NCBI GenBank assembly: GCA_012295275.1
Contig: CM022676.1
Location: forward strand, 2,604,001 to 2,668,000
Source of the DNA: Chrysomallon squamiferum
Taxonomy: Eukaryota; Animalia; Mollusca
Length of the DNA: 64,000 nt
Direction of reading: 5' to 3'
Made by a program: the position numbers and the translations under genes. Each line of letters begins with the position of its first letter. Position 1 is the first letter of the stretch. Shown here piece by piece: positions 13,437-25,212 of this stretch. Below the pieces are notes generated by a model that did not search any database, was not told the origin of the DNA, and worked only from the letters and a program-made list of their open reading frames with translations.

Positions 13437-14184
13437 CTGAAAAGTGTAAACTGATTATTTAAAGTACTTTAAAATAAATTAAATTAAATTAAACTATTAA
13501 AATCAATTTAAACTTGAAAAATGTTTCCAGGTTTCACTGATTTAACTTATAAGCATTTGTAAATTAAGTAAGTTAGGTTTACAGGGCAGTTGTTTCCTCT
13601 TTTTAAATTCGTTTTTATGTAAACATATTTTTAACACAAACAGATCAACTTACCTAGATATATTATAATTTAAAAAAATTAAAAAAGATAACAAAAACTT
13701 ATCGATTAAAATACATATCACATATGTGAATTTTTAAGTCAAATTAAATTAGTTTAAGAAGTTTTGAAATGTGAATCACTAATACAAAGTTATCAAAGCA
13801 GATGTATAAATATGAAATTAATATTTGACATATGCATGTTACAAAACAATATTTAAAAAATGAAGCTCAATTTAAAATAAAAACAAAAATCTACAACCAT
13901 TCTTAAAACTTTGTCTCACACATTTAGATTAAAATAGCTTGAAAAGGATAAAAAAAATTCCAAAAGAATTAACTTTCGTTTTATTTTGTATTTAAAAAAT
14001 ACATTTAATATTTCATATTTCATCATCATCATTATTATAATATTTCATTCTTTTTATTCATGTATTTGATTTTGTTGTCAAACTGAAGAAATTTCTTAAA
14101 TAAGATTTTGTTTCTTTTCAATTAACGTTATGTTGAACATTTAACGTGTACGTCTAAAGCTTGGATCAGTGGTAAACCACCTAC

Positions 14185-14286
14185 CTCTCCGTAACAGTAC
14201 CACAATGACAACCACTGCTCCACAGAGCAGAGACAAAGCACACAAAACTGGCCCTGCCACATAAACATCGCTTTTACACAAACTGC
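14185..14286 (-). CDS. Multi-pass TM exon (TM5: SLCKSDVYVAGPVLCALSLLCGAVVVIVVLLRR)
   Basis: ttcag| and |GTAGGT, 102 nt, phase 1-1. Confidence 0.75.
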
Positions 14287-14334
14287 CTGAAATTAACACA
14301 ATTATGAAATCAGTAACACTTTTTGTATTAACTA

Positions 14335-14680
14335 GCACAGTTATGATAATACAAATGTGTTACACTGCTTAACTTAACTAGTATCTGATATTCAAACACA
14401 AATATGTTACACTTTAAATTAACTACAACTGTAATATTTAAATACAAATGTGTTACAGTTTAAATTAATTAGAACTGTGATATTCAAATACAACTGTTAC
14501 ACTGTTGAAAATAACTAGAACTGTAATATTTAAATACAAATATCTTACACTGTTTAAATTAACTACAACTGTAATATTTAAATACAAATGTGTTACACAG
14601 TTTAAGTTAACTAGAACTGTGACATTTAAATACAAATTTGTTACAGTTTAAGTTAACTAGAACTGTGATATTCAAACCAA
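14335..14680. repeat. Minisatellite, ~45-48 bp unit (aactgtaatatttaaatacaaatgtgttacac...aattaactag), ~7 copies
   Basis: Visible tandem units; counterpart ~41020-41360. Confidence 0.85.
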
Positions 14681-14787
14681 AAACCATTCACTGTGAAATA
14701 TTACTGTCGAATTGATAAGGACAGACATTCTAACATTTAATTCAAACCTAATCTGCAGTATAGGTAAGGCAATATGCATTTACTTAC

Positions 14788-14883
14788 ATGTATGTTCCAT
14801 ACTAAGACAGCCCACAGAAATCAGCCCAAGAGCAATTTGTATGAAACCAAAAACCACAAGGACAATCCATCGTTTTTTGAAAT
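14788..14883 (-). CDS. Multi-pass TM exon (TM4: FKKRWIVLVVFGFIQIALGLISVGCLSMEHT)
   Basis: aag| and |GTAAGT, 96 nt, phase 1-1; not in the ORF track. Confidence 0.75.
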
Positions 14884-15171
14884 CTTCAGAAAAGGATATA
14901 AAATGTGTACACCACTAATATATCATTGTTTAGTTATTTCACTTCTACATTAAATAGTTTATCTCCAAAAGACTTGAAAAATAATAATAAATAAATAAAT
15001 AAATAATTAAATTTGATTAACTGATACTGTATTTTCAGGTAGTCTTAAAGGCAGCCAAACCTATATTATGTATGTTACCTAAAATAAACAAATAGAAAAC
15101 TGTCTTCCATAATGAAACTGGTTTGTAACCAGTTACTTGGCTTTATGAAATGTGTTTAAAATTATACTTAC

Positions 15172-15273
15172 TCAGAAGGGTCAGACACAGAAATAAGTAG
15201 ACAACTACAACAACCATCCAGACAGCCAGAACCACACTAAGAACCACTGTACAGTCACATTCACAGACTTCAG
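15172..15273 (-). CDS. Multi-pass TM exon (TM3: EVCECDCTVVLSVVLAVWMVVVVVYLFLCLTLL)
   Basis: ttttcag| and |GTAAGT, 102 nt, phase 1-1; not in the ORF track. Confidence 0.8.
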
Positions 15274-15893
15274 CTGAAAATAAAACATTAAAAGTTTACA
15301 TCTTTAACATTTATTTTATACATTAGCAGTTACCAGATGTTAATCATATTTATGATCTTATATTAGTATTAGAAAAAGCTGATCATATTATGGATTACTC
15401 TTATTTCTTAAACAGGCATCTTCTTAGACCAGATACCAAGTAGAATGCTGTTAAACAAACCAGTAATTTGTATATCCTGTGAATTTCTAATCAGATATAA
15501 CTTTTAAAAATGATATATATCTAATTTCTCTAAAGAATTAAATTCTTAAAAAAAAAAAAAAAAAAAAAAAGATTCAAATGCTGGATGTATTTCTGTGCCG
15601 TTATAATTTACGAGACTCATGTAAAAATATTATAAACATTTCAAATGTTCTTGTTATTTAGAACACTTCAATTGAAATAATTCAATATTTGTAAGCAAAC
15701 CCTATAATATTTCTATATCATATTTCAGAATATTATGCACTATATACATTGCCTTACCTCTTAACTTAGAGAGTGTCTTAGTAAGTGTGGTTGTTTATAT
15801 TAGTTAATAGTGATATATAGGGGGTTCATGCATATAGATACTGTGTATAGTTAGAAAATCTAAATAAATATGATCCAAAAAACAAAGGCACTG

Positions 15894-15965
<72 letters not shown>
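15894..15965. repeat. (ATT)n microsatellite
   Basis: Directly visible. Confidence 0.95.
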
Positions 15966-16440
15966 GGTGGTAGTAAGAGTTTTAATGTTCATCTTCCAAA
16001 TCTTATCTCAGGAATATGATTTAAAATGTTGAAAACAACTGAAACACGTATTTATCTGTAAATATGCAGCCCACATCTGTTTTAGTTGATATTTTAAGGA
16101 CCAGATTTTCTTTTAGATACAAAATGTAACCAGTTTATTTATCAATTTTTCAAAAAAGCTCTTCAGTATTAAAAGTGTAGTTTCATTTTTGTTTGTACAG
16201 AAGAACAGAAGAAGGTTTTGCATTTCCAACCAATTCTATAATCTGACAGACTGTGAACTAATTGATGTGCCTGACAGAGAGATTATCTGCAACAGAGATG
16301 CAGTTTTAGGTGGTGATAAAAAAGAAAATTTGAAAACACAACATTAATCAATCTGACCGTATTTTCATGCAATGAAGAAGTTGAAATAAAATCAATAAAA
16401 TGGGCTGTGAATGTTTTGTATTTAGCTACCAACACCTTAC

Positions 16441-16520
16441 ATGCAAAACATACACAAAGTAAAATATATCTAACATCAGGAAACAAACTGAGCAATCTGA
16501 GTGATTGTTGCCTACAGCAT
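16441..16520 (-). CDS. Candidate loop/TM2 exon (CCRQQSLRLLSLFPDVRYILLCVCFA)
   Basis: ttgttccag| acceptor with phase-2 start matching the TM1 exon end; donor GTAAGG (copy 2 GTGAGG). An alternative donor at 16436 could join 16286 (IISLSGTSI). Confidence 0.55.
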
Positions 16521-19500
16521 CTGGAACAAATAAAAACACATTTGTGTTATTTAACTGTGTAGTAATACTGCTTTAAACTGTTTTCAGTTTATACAGTGAA
16601 AGTGAATGTGAGACAAATATGAGCTTTACTCCATAAACAAGTCACACATCTAAAATGAAAACATTATTTGTGCAACAAAAACTGATAAGAAAAATGAATA
16701 AAATATCTTTATATAGGATTTATAATGAGCAATTGAGAAAATCACAATACATTCTTTACATCAAACAAGATTTTAAAAGTTCCACTACTTAAATTTCAAA
16801 CAATTCTTTTACACTGCTCCTTGAAAAAATAAAAAATCTTGAACACATTTTTATATAGTTTTTCTATATAACTTTATAACTTTTCATTGATCTATTGTTA
16901 ACAGCAACATATATTTAAAAGTGTCTCTCTCTCTATGCTAGAAAGTGAGTGATTGTAGTAGTTAAATTTAATTGGATCTGATTTTTAAGAGTAAAAGTAA
17001 TAATAATATACAACAGATTTTGTATCTGTTACAGGATGAGTCATTACAATATTTACATGGGTGAAACTTCATGTTAATTCATTCATTACAATAGCAATTT
17101 ATGAAGCTGGTCATATTTGTTAACACTACCAATCTACAAATACTTAAACTTTGTATAAATACTATTAATCATGTAGCAAATACCAAATATAAAATTTATA
17201 ACTGAGTTATAACTGCAAATATTATTAACAGACAACAAGGGCAGTAAGACATTTTAGATGCATCATATTCAGTGGTTATAACTGGACTGATATGATAGTT
17301 AAAAATGCTCTTGTCTAGCTGATTGTATTGTAAGTTTATTATAGGACTATAACATGTACATTTTCTGTTCTCTGTTTTGCTATAATGAAATGTGACCTTT
17401 GATGGCCATGCCGTGTCAAATAGATGTCCAAATGTTATCTGCATCCCTCATAACAAGCCAGCTTAATTATTCTCAGATACAATTTGCAGTTAGTAATATT
17501 AACAAATATCGAAAATTACAATTTTAATATTTAATGTAATCACAACAAATCTGATACATATTTATAATCATAATAATAATTATTAGTGGTAATTAAAAAA
17601 CAAAAATCAATAAAAAATAAAAATTAACAGGAATAAAGTATGGAGTAAAATGTATAATATAACAAAACCAGTGAATGCTGACTTAATAAAGAAAATTAGT
17701 ACATCTATTTATTTCATGATGTTTTAGTATCATTATCAAAGTTCAAAACTGAACTGAAGATTATGTTTAATTATATTCACCATTATTTTTCTATTTAATG
17801 TGATCCTTATACTTATGAGATTTCAGTTTTGCCTCTGTTTTGTGTGAAACAGAAGATGGGATAAAACATTGTCACAGAAAAAAAATTGAAATACTATCTA
17901 TTACTTAAATAATTACCAGCTTGTTAAAGGAAGGAGTACTCACATGTATATATGTATACAAACACTGACTGACTGTGTTGTTTCTGCTGTTGTAAATTAT
18001 ATAACAATATATTAAACTATTTAAAAATCAACACAATTTTTAAACCATATGAAAACTATCAATAAATAGAAAAATAAGTAAAAGAGTATACTAATTTCAA
18101 AAACAAACACAAACCTAAACATAAATCTAAGAATGACATTTCAAAGTAATTTTGAGTAAATATCTTAAAAAAATAAAAGTATAAAAAATAAAAAGTCCGG
18201 GTTTCATGCTTTGTATTTAACAGTAACATCATGTTATAACTACACCAGCCATGATATAGAACTTTAAACAGCGGTCTGAGTAAAGACCTTTATTCAGCTA
18301 ATATTTTAAAACAGCCAGACACTTAGAAACAAGCAGCTAAATATGCCACAGCATTAATTATAAGTCTGAGACTGTGACCACTAGAAGCATGCTTGAACAC
18401 ATGTATGATGGGAAAGCATGGCTAAAAATTACCCACATCCAATGATTAGCAATACTGAATTGTATTATTGTAAATAAAGCTAATTTAAAAAGGAGATTTT
18501 GAAGTCAGTACTTTTAACAAAAGTATTAAAGTATAAGTTTAATGTAATAACAAATTTTTCATTTTTATTTTAGGAGTAAAGGATGAGATGAGACATAACA
18601 GTATGAAAGACTCCAACCAAGTGACAGTTATTTAACTAATCTATAAATACACATCATGTATTCATATACAATTACCTATTAATATAATAATAATTAACAG
18701 TTTTATAGCTAAATAGTAAAATAATATAAAAAATTATGTAACTTTTCAAACTGGACTTTATCAGAAAAATTATATTAATCACCAATACAAATATTATAAT
18801 TATAATTATTATTTTTATTAAAATTAATTAGTGATTTTGCAAAATAAGATTTCAGTTTTTTTGTATTAAAACCAGTGGAAGGGGAACTCAGGTTACATGA
18901 ATGATTAGCACAAGGTCAGGGCTAACAATGTGATTATGTTACTTACTGCTTGATGGTGTTGTTTCTGTTCATGTTGATTCTAATAGAAACACATTAATAG
19001 GAATAAAATAAATAATGTTTATGAATTAAACTTTAGTATGGTAAAAACAAGTGAAGTGGAGAAAATACATTTTAAAAAAGAAAATTAGAAATATCCAATA
19101 AATAATAATATTAATAACAAAATTATTATTACTGTAATATCAAAGGACAAGGTGATGCAAAATGTGTAATCTGATTACTAAAACTAGACAAGTAACAGTA
19201 ATATCTAATTTACAAACTATAAGTGCAGATAATAAATCAGAAATATAATCATATCAAATGTAAACATTCTGGTCCGTCTCATCAAAATGGTCATCCAGGA
19301 TATTCCACAACAAAACATACTGACAGAGCAGGCCAACAATTGGTAATTTCTGGGTTCAAACCATACATATTCAACATATGTATTGGTGAAACTTTACATG
19401 TATAAAAACCAGGTATATAATAGTAATAGTGATGCTCTATCATCTATTGAAGAAGGAAAGAAAGAATGAAAGAGAAAATAAATTTGTTTCAAAGTTTTTC

Positions 19501-19634
19501 ACAATTTTATTTAATATATTTTAATCTGTCATGGAAGTTCTTACTGCAAACATTATATTCAAAACTGTTAAAAAGTGTTTATAAAAGGTTTTACAGTATA
19601 ATAAAACAGCAGATTTGCATTTATGTCACTCTCT

Positions 19635-19680
<46 letters not shown>

Positions 19681-20629
19681 CAGGCATTAAGCTGTAACTT
19701 TATCTATGTTAATCAGCATATTACTCAGTGTGGAACTAAAACAGTCAACATAGTATAAACTTCTTTTTAAAGCTTTTTTTTTTGCTATATCAGAATTAGA
19801 AGATAGAAATAAAGCTATTCCTTGATTAGTTAAGCAGAATCCACAAACAATCACTGGCATCTAGAAATTATCTGAAATAATGAAGAACGTAGCTAAGTGT
19901 ATTGAGCTGAAGGAAAAAGAAAAGTCTGGAATAAAAAAGAAATTAATTTTCAAACTGCTTCATTTGTTTATAACTTGATTTTCACATCAATAGTAGTAAT
20001 ATGTTTTGTTTTCTGTTGATCAACATTATTGTGATTCTGTCTGGTTGGATGTTGGCTCTCTGCTGTATTGTTGCTCACGTCAGTTTTATTCAGTGAATCA
20101 GTGACTGACTGTTGACAAACTTCAGATCTTGTGTGTTCTTCACAGACATCTTTACTGACTGGGTTGATTCGCAGGTTTTACATTTGTCTGATTATATGAG
20201 TAATCTTCAGAAATTTCATTATCTTCATCACTTCCATGGTTCCAAGACATATTGTGTGAAGATTAATTACCAATACATAAAAATCACGCCTTCTCTTATT
20301 TTCAATGGTAATGTTAGAAAATCAATTATAACAAACGGCATCAAACGCGTTTATCTAATTTTATAAACTCTTCCCTTACTTTGTTACATAATCAGTAATA
20401 AGAAAAATGAAGTGTTTCAAATGTATCAATGTTGATTAAGCTTTATAAGTTTGTCTTTGTTTCTACACTGAAACCCACATATCCATGAAAATATTTACTA
20501 CAGATAATATTTTAAAAGTAAATGCGGCATCTCAAGAAAAAAAGAGATGAGACAAGCGGGGCTTCCACAACCCAAGTTTCACTTTCATTTACATTGAGAT
20601 AATAGGAAAGGAACTTGAAACTTTGGTCT

Positions 20630-20905
20630 TACATTATAAAATAAATTATGTTGTTAATATTAATTATACTACAAAGACTACACATATAAAATAAATCTCC
20701 TAGTTAATATTAATTATACTACAAACACTACACATATAAAATAAATCTACTTTGTAAAATTAATGATTCTAAGAATATAAAACTGCAAGCAATACAGATA
20801 TAAAATAAATCTCCTGGCTACTATTAATTCTACTACACATTTAAAACACCAAATAATGCAGACATAAAATAAATATTGTTGATAATGTTAATTATACTAC
20901 AAAGA
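20630..20905. repeat. Degenerate minisatellite, ~46 bp unit (ataaaataaat...ttaatattaattatactacaaa)
   Basis: Visible tandem units; copy 2 (~47312-47700) has about two extra units. Confidence 0.75.
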
Positions 20906-21174
20906 CAAAACATGAAAACGAAACAGACAAAACTTTAAGAAAAAATAATAAAAAATTAGCCCTCCACTACTGAAAATATGAATCTCGTGATGGTTTATTA
21001 AGAATTATTTAACATAAAAACAACCATAGGTTTGACATCTTCGATATATAAGACACTGTATTTTTTAGGTTAAATACGTATATATATTTAGGTATACATA
21101 TAGATAGATAGATACATAGATAGATGTAATTACGTGAGATGTATGTATGTCTAAGTTATCTATGTATTTATGTA

Positions 21175-21222
<48 letters not shown>

Positions 21223-21322
21223 GATATGGAAGGAAAAACACGAAGAGACAAACAGACATGTTGGTAGACTACTGAAGAGAGGAAAAGACAGTCAAAACTG
21301 CTTCACCGTTTCACAGATTTAC

Positions 21323-21440
21323 ACGACCAAGAAAAGGCTGACTACGACGAGTAACACAGAAGAGACTACAGCAACGGCAGTTACAGCAGTTTTGTTACAT
21401 TCACAATCGATGATATTTTCTTTTACAGTCGATGTGACAT
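21323..21440 (-). CDS. Gene C stalk + TM1 exon (VTSTVKENIIDCECNKTAVTAVAVVSSVLLVVVSLFLV)
   Basis: ccag| phase-1 acceptor, donor GTAAAT (GTAAGT in copy 2), 118 nt, phase 1-2. Confidence 0.7.
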
Positions 21441-22103
21441 CTGGCTTGGGAGGCAACGTTAAATATGTTCATATAATTAATGATTATAAACCAAGTCAGT
21501 ATCATCCATGATTACACCGAATATACAAACACAATATTTGATAAAATTGTTTAGTCCGTGTATTCAAATTAATTTTCAACTTCAAAGTAAACACAGTCAG
21601 CTTTACTGTAAAGATGTGTTGACAAAATAATTATTTAAGACATTACATATATAGTGTGTATTATCTATATTTTTATAGCTATCCTCATTATTACATCTAA
21701 ATCTTATAAATTTAGGAGTAACTGTACAGCTTACTAAGCAGTATAAACCACGAGTTTCAAACTTGTAAAGATATCGGCATCAAATAACATAAAATAAAAA
21801 TATTGTAGTATCTTTTCTTTCTCGCTTATTGACTTAGATATTTTTACACAAGTACAAATAGCAGACATAAAACACATGAACATTTCATTTATCTGAAATG
21901 GCATCTTTACTTACTTTCTCTAGTAATGTTCTATAATCAGTAATAAAAGAAGTGAATTCACCCAAATACGTCAACAACTAATATTATATATAGAACCAAG
22001 TTTTAACTTTCTTTCGTTGGTAATGTTATATAATCAAGAACAAAAGAAATGAAATTCTCTAAATGCACGACAACTCATAAAAATAAATCATGTTTTCACT
22101 TAC

Positions 22104-22505
22104 TTAGTATGTTGATGTTTTCAGAACTTTCAGAGAAATGTGGACTACCATCAAGTCTGTTATAGCCAATTACACATAAATATTCTCCTGAATCACTAAA
22201 AGTCATTCCTGTCAGTTGAATCTGGATAAAAGATCCTGATTTGTCATCGTTGTCAGACTTTCCTGTCACTGTCGCTCTGGATCCAAAGTTATTTACATCT
22301 TTTAAAACAGCTTTACCTCCATTCTTTAGAGTGATAGCAGAAGCTATCATAACACTAGTACTGGGATTGCTGAGAAGTCTTCTGCTCACTGATACAGAAG
22401 TAAGTATATCAACCTCACTGATAATGTTACCAAGACTACATCTGACTGTCACAGGAACTCCTTCATAAACAGGACTTGGGCTGATTGTGAGTTGGGCGGC
22501 TTCAC
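22104..22505 (-). CDS. Gene C V-like Ig domain exon (resembles molluscan VIgL/FREP-type IgSF domain)
   Basis: 402 nt, phase 1-1, tacag| and |GTAAGT; VTVRC...IASA...RATVTG...FIQIQL...DSGEYLC. Family resemblance is from recall, not a search. Confidence 0.88.
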
Positions 22506-23011
22506 CTGTAAGTAAACATGAACAAAGAAATAACTTAAAAATGTAATAAACGTTTTCAATGTCAATGTTATATATTTCTTAATCTGAATAATACGTTTTT
22601 CATATAAATCGGAAGAAAACATTAATTTTAATTTAATGAGTTTGCTTCCATATTTCAAATATTTCATCACATATTGTAGCGCAATTGAAGAATTTTTCTA
22701 TGTCAAATTCATAGAATAATAGATTAGTAATGTATTTAAATAAATTTAAACCACTAAGTTTGAAACAAACAAAAAAATGAAACAATAATATTCTCAAGAG
22801 ATTATTTAAAATGCAAAACATTAATAATAGAATAAGAACATTTTTCGAAATAAAATGTAAATAAAAACACAGTATTTAAGAGGAAAGTATAATTGACGGG
22901 AGTAATATGATTATATTTTCAAACACACGGATACACTCAGATAGAAAGCAGGACAGACAGACAGGCAGAGAGAGAGACACAGCCATGCACACAATACAAA
23001 TAGATTTCATT

Positions 23012-23100
23012 TATATTTCAAAAATAAATTATATAATGTAACGGTCTGAATGTAGATATAAATATACTGCAATATCAGTCAGATAACATCGCATGTACAT
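23012..23100. repeat. Left arm of ~88 bp imperfect inverted repeat (partner 24719-24805)
   Basis: caaaaataaattatataatgtaac...cagataacatcgcatgtac is the reverse complement of gtacatgcgatgttatctg...gttacattatataatttatttttg. Confidence 0.85.
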
Positions 23101-23254
23101 CAAGCAGCTATATTTTGATAAAGATAATCAGTTACAAATAAAAAACAACAACTCGAGAACTATAAATATATGACACCCAACACTGCACTTATCCAAACTA
23201 AAAATCACTTATAAACCTGTTTATAAAATACTTGTATTTAGAGCTAAACAAAAA

Positions 23255-23309
23255 CAGTTGAAGTCAATGTTAAACTTGTTAATAAAATAACAGTCATTGT
23301 TGTGGACAT
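23255..23309 (-). pseudogene. Degenerate duplicate of gene C leader exon (MSTTMTVILLTSLTLTST), no donor
   Basis: Near-identical to 23483-23537 but followed by TTTTT instead of GT. Confidence 0.75.
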
Positions 23310-23482
23310 CGTTAAACAATCTAAGAACAACGTAAATGAAGAAATGTAACACTAAGAGATAAAAAAAGAAATCAGTTCAAAAACCTATTTATAAAATACT
23401 TCATCGTCTCATCGACATGTCTGTGAAAGACAAGTGTTATAGTTATTAAGACATAAACAAAAACAAATAAAGTAGAACTTAC

Positions 23483-23537
23483 CAGTTGAAATCAATGTTA
23501 AACTTGTTAATAAAATAACAGTGATTACTGTGGACAT
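23483..23537 (-). CDS. Gene C exon 1 signal peptide MSTVITVILLTSLTLIST(G)
   Basis: ACCATG context, 55 nt, G|GTAAGT phase 1. Confidence 0.85.
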
Positions 23538-23583
23538 GGTTAAAAAAATCTAAGAAAAACGGAAACGAAGACGTGTAACAGCG

Positions 23584-23634
23584 AGCTATATCTTAATTGC
23601 TTTATACCGGATGTAAATTACGGGTCATGTGACC
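23584..23634 (-). promoter_or_regulatory. Putative gene C core promoter: TATAAA, ETS-like CCGGATGT, M-box-like GTCATGTGAC
   Basis: Motifs 65-100 bp upstream of the ATG; motif match only. Confidence 0.45.
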
Positions 23635-24124
23635 GGTGACATAAAGAAACTATACCCTCTGTGATTGTTGTCTCCCCTAGTCTACTGTAAAATCTAAGAA
23701 ATAAAATCTGCGATTAAAGCACTGACTTAGTTTTTTTAACTGTAAATAATCTTTATAAACTGTTGAATGGTCTGCACATATCGAGACAGTTGTTGCACAC
23801 TCAACAGGAGATGTTATTGTTTTATTTTAAATACAAGGCGCTAGTCAAGCACTGGAAGAAAGCAGATACGAAATAACATGAAAATGAAAGAGAGAATACA
23901 CAAATGGAAGGGGAGAAGAAAGTATAAGAAAGGAGAAAGAGAAGAAAACAGAATTTAGAACATATAATCTATTTATGCTTTATAAATATTATAAATAATT
24001 ACTTTTGTCCACTGTTAAAGATTTTCCTGTCTAATTATAAATAACTATCTCACAATCCTTTGTAAAACATTTCACATTTAAATAGACTTTAAGATTAAAT
24101 TTATTAAACAACAATAACAATGAA

Positions 24125-24208
<84 letters not shown>

Positions 24209-24718
24209 AGTAAATGCACTTCACAGGTACTGATAGTAAAAAAATATTAAAAGTAAGGTTTTATTAATTCATATAAATAAAGGCTGCTTTCATTTCAGTA
24301 CTTGATATATTATTTAAAATTCAGAAGCTTATCAGGGTAGAATATTACGTTAGCTAGTTGAATAATTAAAGCAGTGCGTTTAATCTAATTTAAGCACGAA
24401 TTAAATCTCTAATAAGATTGGCAAAGAGTTAATAAATTAAGAAGTTAATATATTCTGTTAAACAAAATAACCAACACACTGAAGAATGATAAGAACATGA
24501 AAGGGAAAATAACTGTCGACGAAGCTTTTAAAACAATTCGTAAAATAATTCTTGAGGAAGCTTTCAAAACAATTCGTTCTTTCTTTTTTTTCTTTATTCA
24601 TTGCGCTGATTTGTTGTTCTCTTTATTTTGTATAAGTGCAGTGTTGGGTGTCATTTATAGTTCTGCAGTGGTTGTTTTATATTTATAGCTGAGTATCTTT
24701 ATCAGGTATCTGTGTCAG

Positions 24719-24805
24719 GTACATGCGATGTTATCTGATTGATGCTGCAGAACACTAATACATATATTCAGACGGTTACATTATATAATTTATTTTTGAA
24801 GTATA
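24719..24805. repeat. Right arm of inverted repeat (partner 23012-23100)
   Basis: See left arm. Confidence 0.85.
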
Positions 24806-25118
24806 TAAATACTCAGTAGTATTAAATACTCAGGCTTTCTTTCAGTGAATTTGCTAGTGGGGGTATTCTTCTGTGAATTCTATAGGATTACTTACGAGAG
24901 AAGACTGCAATACAGATATATAGTAACACAATTAAAGCGCTCATCCGGATCACTCAGGGGTTTGTTCACAATAGATTAACGTTGGCTGGACGAGAGTTTC
25001 AAATGGTGCCGGTTTTCTTATAGTAATTGTTTGAAGGGTCGTGAAAAAGCAACCAGACAGAACTCAGTGAAGGAAGATATGTAGGACAGACACACAGACA
25101 GAGAGTAAGTAGACTTAC

Positions 25119-25212
25119 ACGAAGATGACCACGCCGACTACCACGAGTAGCATGAAACAGACTGAGTGAACAGCAGCTACGGCATCTGTGGGCTTGGAAA
25201 TAGCCGGTACAC
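25119..25212 (-). pseudogene. Orphan TM exon paralogous to gene C TM1 (VPAISKPTDAVAAVHSVCFMLLVVVGVVIF)
   Basis: ttag| and GT|GTAAGT, phase 1-2 like 21323-21440, nucleotide similarity at the 3' end. No leader or Ig exon found upstream. Confidence 0.6.

Noticed and set aside
21170-21511. Plus-strand Thr-rich ORF (also 47929-48285) and plus ORFs 14712-14918, 22241-22468, 36749-36946
   Set aside because: Antisense shadows of minus-strand exons that have proper splice sites.
21900-22104. RAG-type recombination signal next to the V exon
   Set aside because: No CACAGTG-spacer-ACAAAAACC seen; the exon ends in an ordinary splice donor.
22104-22505. Calling gene C a FREP, CD47 or Alr orthologue
   Set aside because: No fibrinogen/lectin exon seen; similarity to CD47/Alr is architectural only, so no gene symbol is given.
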